Shown: positions 61,626 through 64,000 of the stretch, one piece after another | Position numbering within the stretch: the stretch's first letter is position 1 | Layout of the letters: the number at the start of each line of letters is the position of its first letter | NCBI RefSeq assembly: GCF_001194135.2 | Contig: NC_069000.1 | Coordinates: forward strand, 35,490,690 to 35,554,689 | Length of the DNA stretch: 64,000 nucleotides | Direction of reading: 5' to 3' | Source of the DNA: Octopus bimaculoides | Lineage: Eukaryota | Program-made: the position numbers and the translations under genes | The notes under the pieces: generated by a model | Databases searched by the model: none | Seen by the model: only the letters and a program-made list of their open reading frames with translations | Told to the model about the DNA's origin: nothing

Positions 61626-62361
61626 TTGGAATGTTATATATATATATATATATATATGAATGTTTCTATTTATGATTGTATGTACGTACGTATAGCATAT
61701 ACATATGTGTGTGTATGCATAGATACATCCATGCATACATATATATCTGCATCCATACATACATGCATACATACATACATACATACATACACTTGAGTGC
61801 ATATATATAAGTGTACGTATCATTATATGAATTTGTTTCCACTTTTGAATGTACATAAACATGCTTGTATATCTATATAGGTGTATATATACTACAAAGG
61901 AAACTTCATGCATGTTTTTCGTAATTTACAGATTCATTAATTAATGGTTTACAACTGTGATTTTCCTAATTAACAGGCCTTTCTTATTTTATATTTTATG
62001 AAATCCTTGAGGCAGTAAATTACATAACTATCTGCTCCAAATTTTCATTGATGCAATTCATAAAGAGCTGTGCGTATGTATATCTAACGGTTTATGCGTA
62101 CGTATTTCTGTATATACGTATGCTTGTATTTGTGCGTGTATGTATGCATGTATGTATGTATGTATGTATGTATGTCGTTTGTGTATGTATGTGTGTAAAT
62201 ATTAGTTGAGGCTGTATGGTAAGAAGCTTGTTCCCAACCACATGTTTCTGGGTTCAGTCTCATTGTGTGGCACCTTGGGCAAGTGTCTTCTACTATAGCC
62301 AAGGGCCGACCAGGAACTTGTGAGTAGATTTGGTTGACGGAAACTGAAAGAACCCCGTCGT

Positions 62362-62410
<49 letters not shown>

Positions 62411-62486
62411 AAAACAGACGACAGACAGAAAGGCAGACGACAGATTGATGGATGGATGGATGGACAGAAAGACAGACGACATATAA

Positions 62487-62557
<71 letters not shown>

Positions 62558-63691
62558 CACACACACACATATGATAATGGACTCTCCCGTGATTAGACGA
62601 CGTATGAGGGTTTGACAAATTCTTACCGAACAACCACACAGATGATTTTTTTATAGTGATCAAATGTTTTTTCTGTAGACATAAGCTCACCCCCTCCATC
62701 AGATCGACATTACCTGTACAGGTGCAACGGGCGCCACATGTCAGATGTCGAAATGATCGCTGAGCTTGAATATAACATATTATTAAACGATATATTACAT
62801 TAAGAAAAACAAAAAGACCGGTTAATGCAGCTTATGATTGATTCATTGACAAGTAAATGTGTAGATGAGCAGCAAATTTTAAGGAAAAGAATAAAAGGAA
62901 AAAAGAAACCGTTCAGAATAACATTGAGTGTTAAGTGGTTTAGTGTAAGAAGACCCAAGGGTATATTTGTCTCAGGGCCAGTGGTCTTTGGGAAGGACAA
63001 CCATTTGCACGGTTTGGGTGTATAGCAGAGGCTTGCGTATTTTCAGTTGGGTGATCTCAAATTTTTGTCTGGAGAAAAAAAAAAAGCCAGTAATTAAGCA
63101 GTTTGAGATACTACAAGGCAGTTATGTCAAACATGCAGCCCTTGAATCAAATACAAGTGCTGCTCGCAAGTGGCGTAGCTAAAGGTTTAGAAAGGGGAAT
63201 GCAAAAATCATTTTTGATAATAAAAATGCTGGCCTTGTGACTAAAGGGTTACTCCACATGACTCCGTAGGGAACATAGGGTCGGTTTTCTGCTTTCTCTG
63301 GTTTGTATATTCCTTTCTGGACGGAACGCCGGTCTGTCATAGGGTTACTCATTTTTGCCAGCTGAGTGGACTGGAACAACCTTAAATGAAATATGCTTTG
63401 TTCAAGAGCGCAACGCATCACACGGTCCGGTACTTTGCCAAACTTCTAAGTTATGGGGACGTAAACATACCAACATCGGTTGTCACGTGGTGGTGGGAGA
63501 CAAATACACACACAAACACACACGCATGCATACGCACATGCTCACACACATACACACATATATACAGTATGACCTCACTTTACGATGACCTGCTTTACAA
63601 GAACCTCGGTTTATGAGTTTTATTTTTCAAGTACAAGATCTGAAACAAGTAGTAAAAGATAAAAAAGAAATATATATATATATATATATAT

Positions 63692-63907
63692 ATTTCTTTA
63701 TTACCCACCGGGAGCTAAACATAGAGAGGGAAAACAAAGGGATTAAGTCGATTACATCGACCCCAGTGCATAACTAGTACTTATTTAATCGACCCCGAAA
63801 GGATGAAAGGCAAAGTCGACCTTGGCGGAATTTGAACTCAGAACGTAACGACAAACAAAATGCCACTGAGCATTTCGCCCGGCGTACTAACGATTCTGCC
63901 AGCTCGC
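63692..63907 (-). mobile_element. SINE family A, followed by a family B head (63920-64000, +)
   Basis: Family motifs seen directly. Confidence 0.85.
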
Positions 63908-64000
63908 AAGAAATATATATAGGCACAGGAGTAGCTGTGTGGTAAGTAGCTTGCTTGCCAACCACATGGATCCGGGTTCAGTCCCACTGCGTGGCACTTT

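Overview
This is eukaryotic, AT-rich, repeat-dense DNA with 17 N-gaps. The tRNA-derived SINE families and (TA)n/(CA)n microsatellites suggest an octopus genome (inference). No CRISPR array, rRNA or true tRNA gene was found. Left half (4158-28401, + strand): the 3' end of cytoplasmic dynein-2 heavy chain (DYNC2H1). Ten complete coding exons and one partial exon are visible with consistent GT-AG phases. Two stretches of expected protein are absent and most likely lie in gaps 16997-17767, 25074-25727 and 27343-27540. The introns contain SINEs and decayed Helitron, Dong/R4, RTE, piggyBac and Tc1/mariner pieces. Right half: mostly transposon debris (Dong/R4, RTE, Tc1/mariner, hAT, Penelope, Helitron, a Gypsy 3' LTR, MITEs). 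It also holds the most interesting candidate, a spliced + strand gene (42353-42440 joined to 52821-53329, about 198 aa). The product has an OTU-deubiquitinase-like domain whose catalytic Cys and His positions are replaced (DGNS; NIY), plus an N-terminal RSASAP 14-3-3-type motif. SINE copies inside the dynein gene have lost most CpGs, while similarly diverged copies in the right half keep them, which suggests a methylation boundary near 32-33 kb. All homology calls are from recognised motifs; no database search was run.
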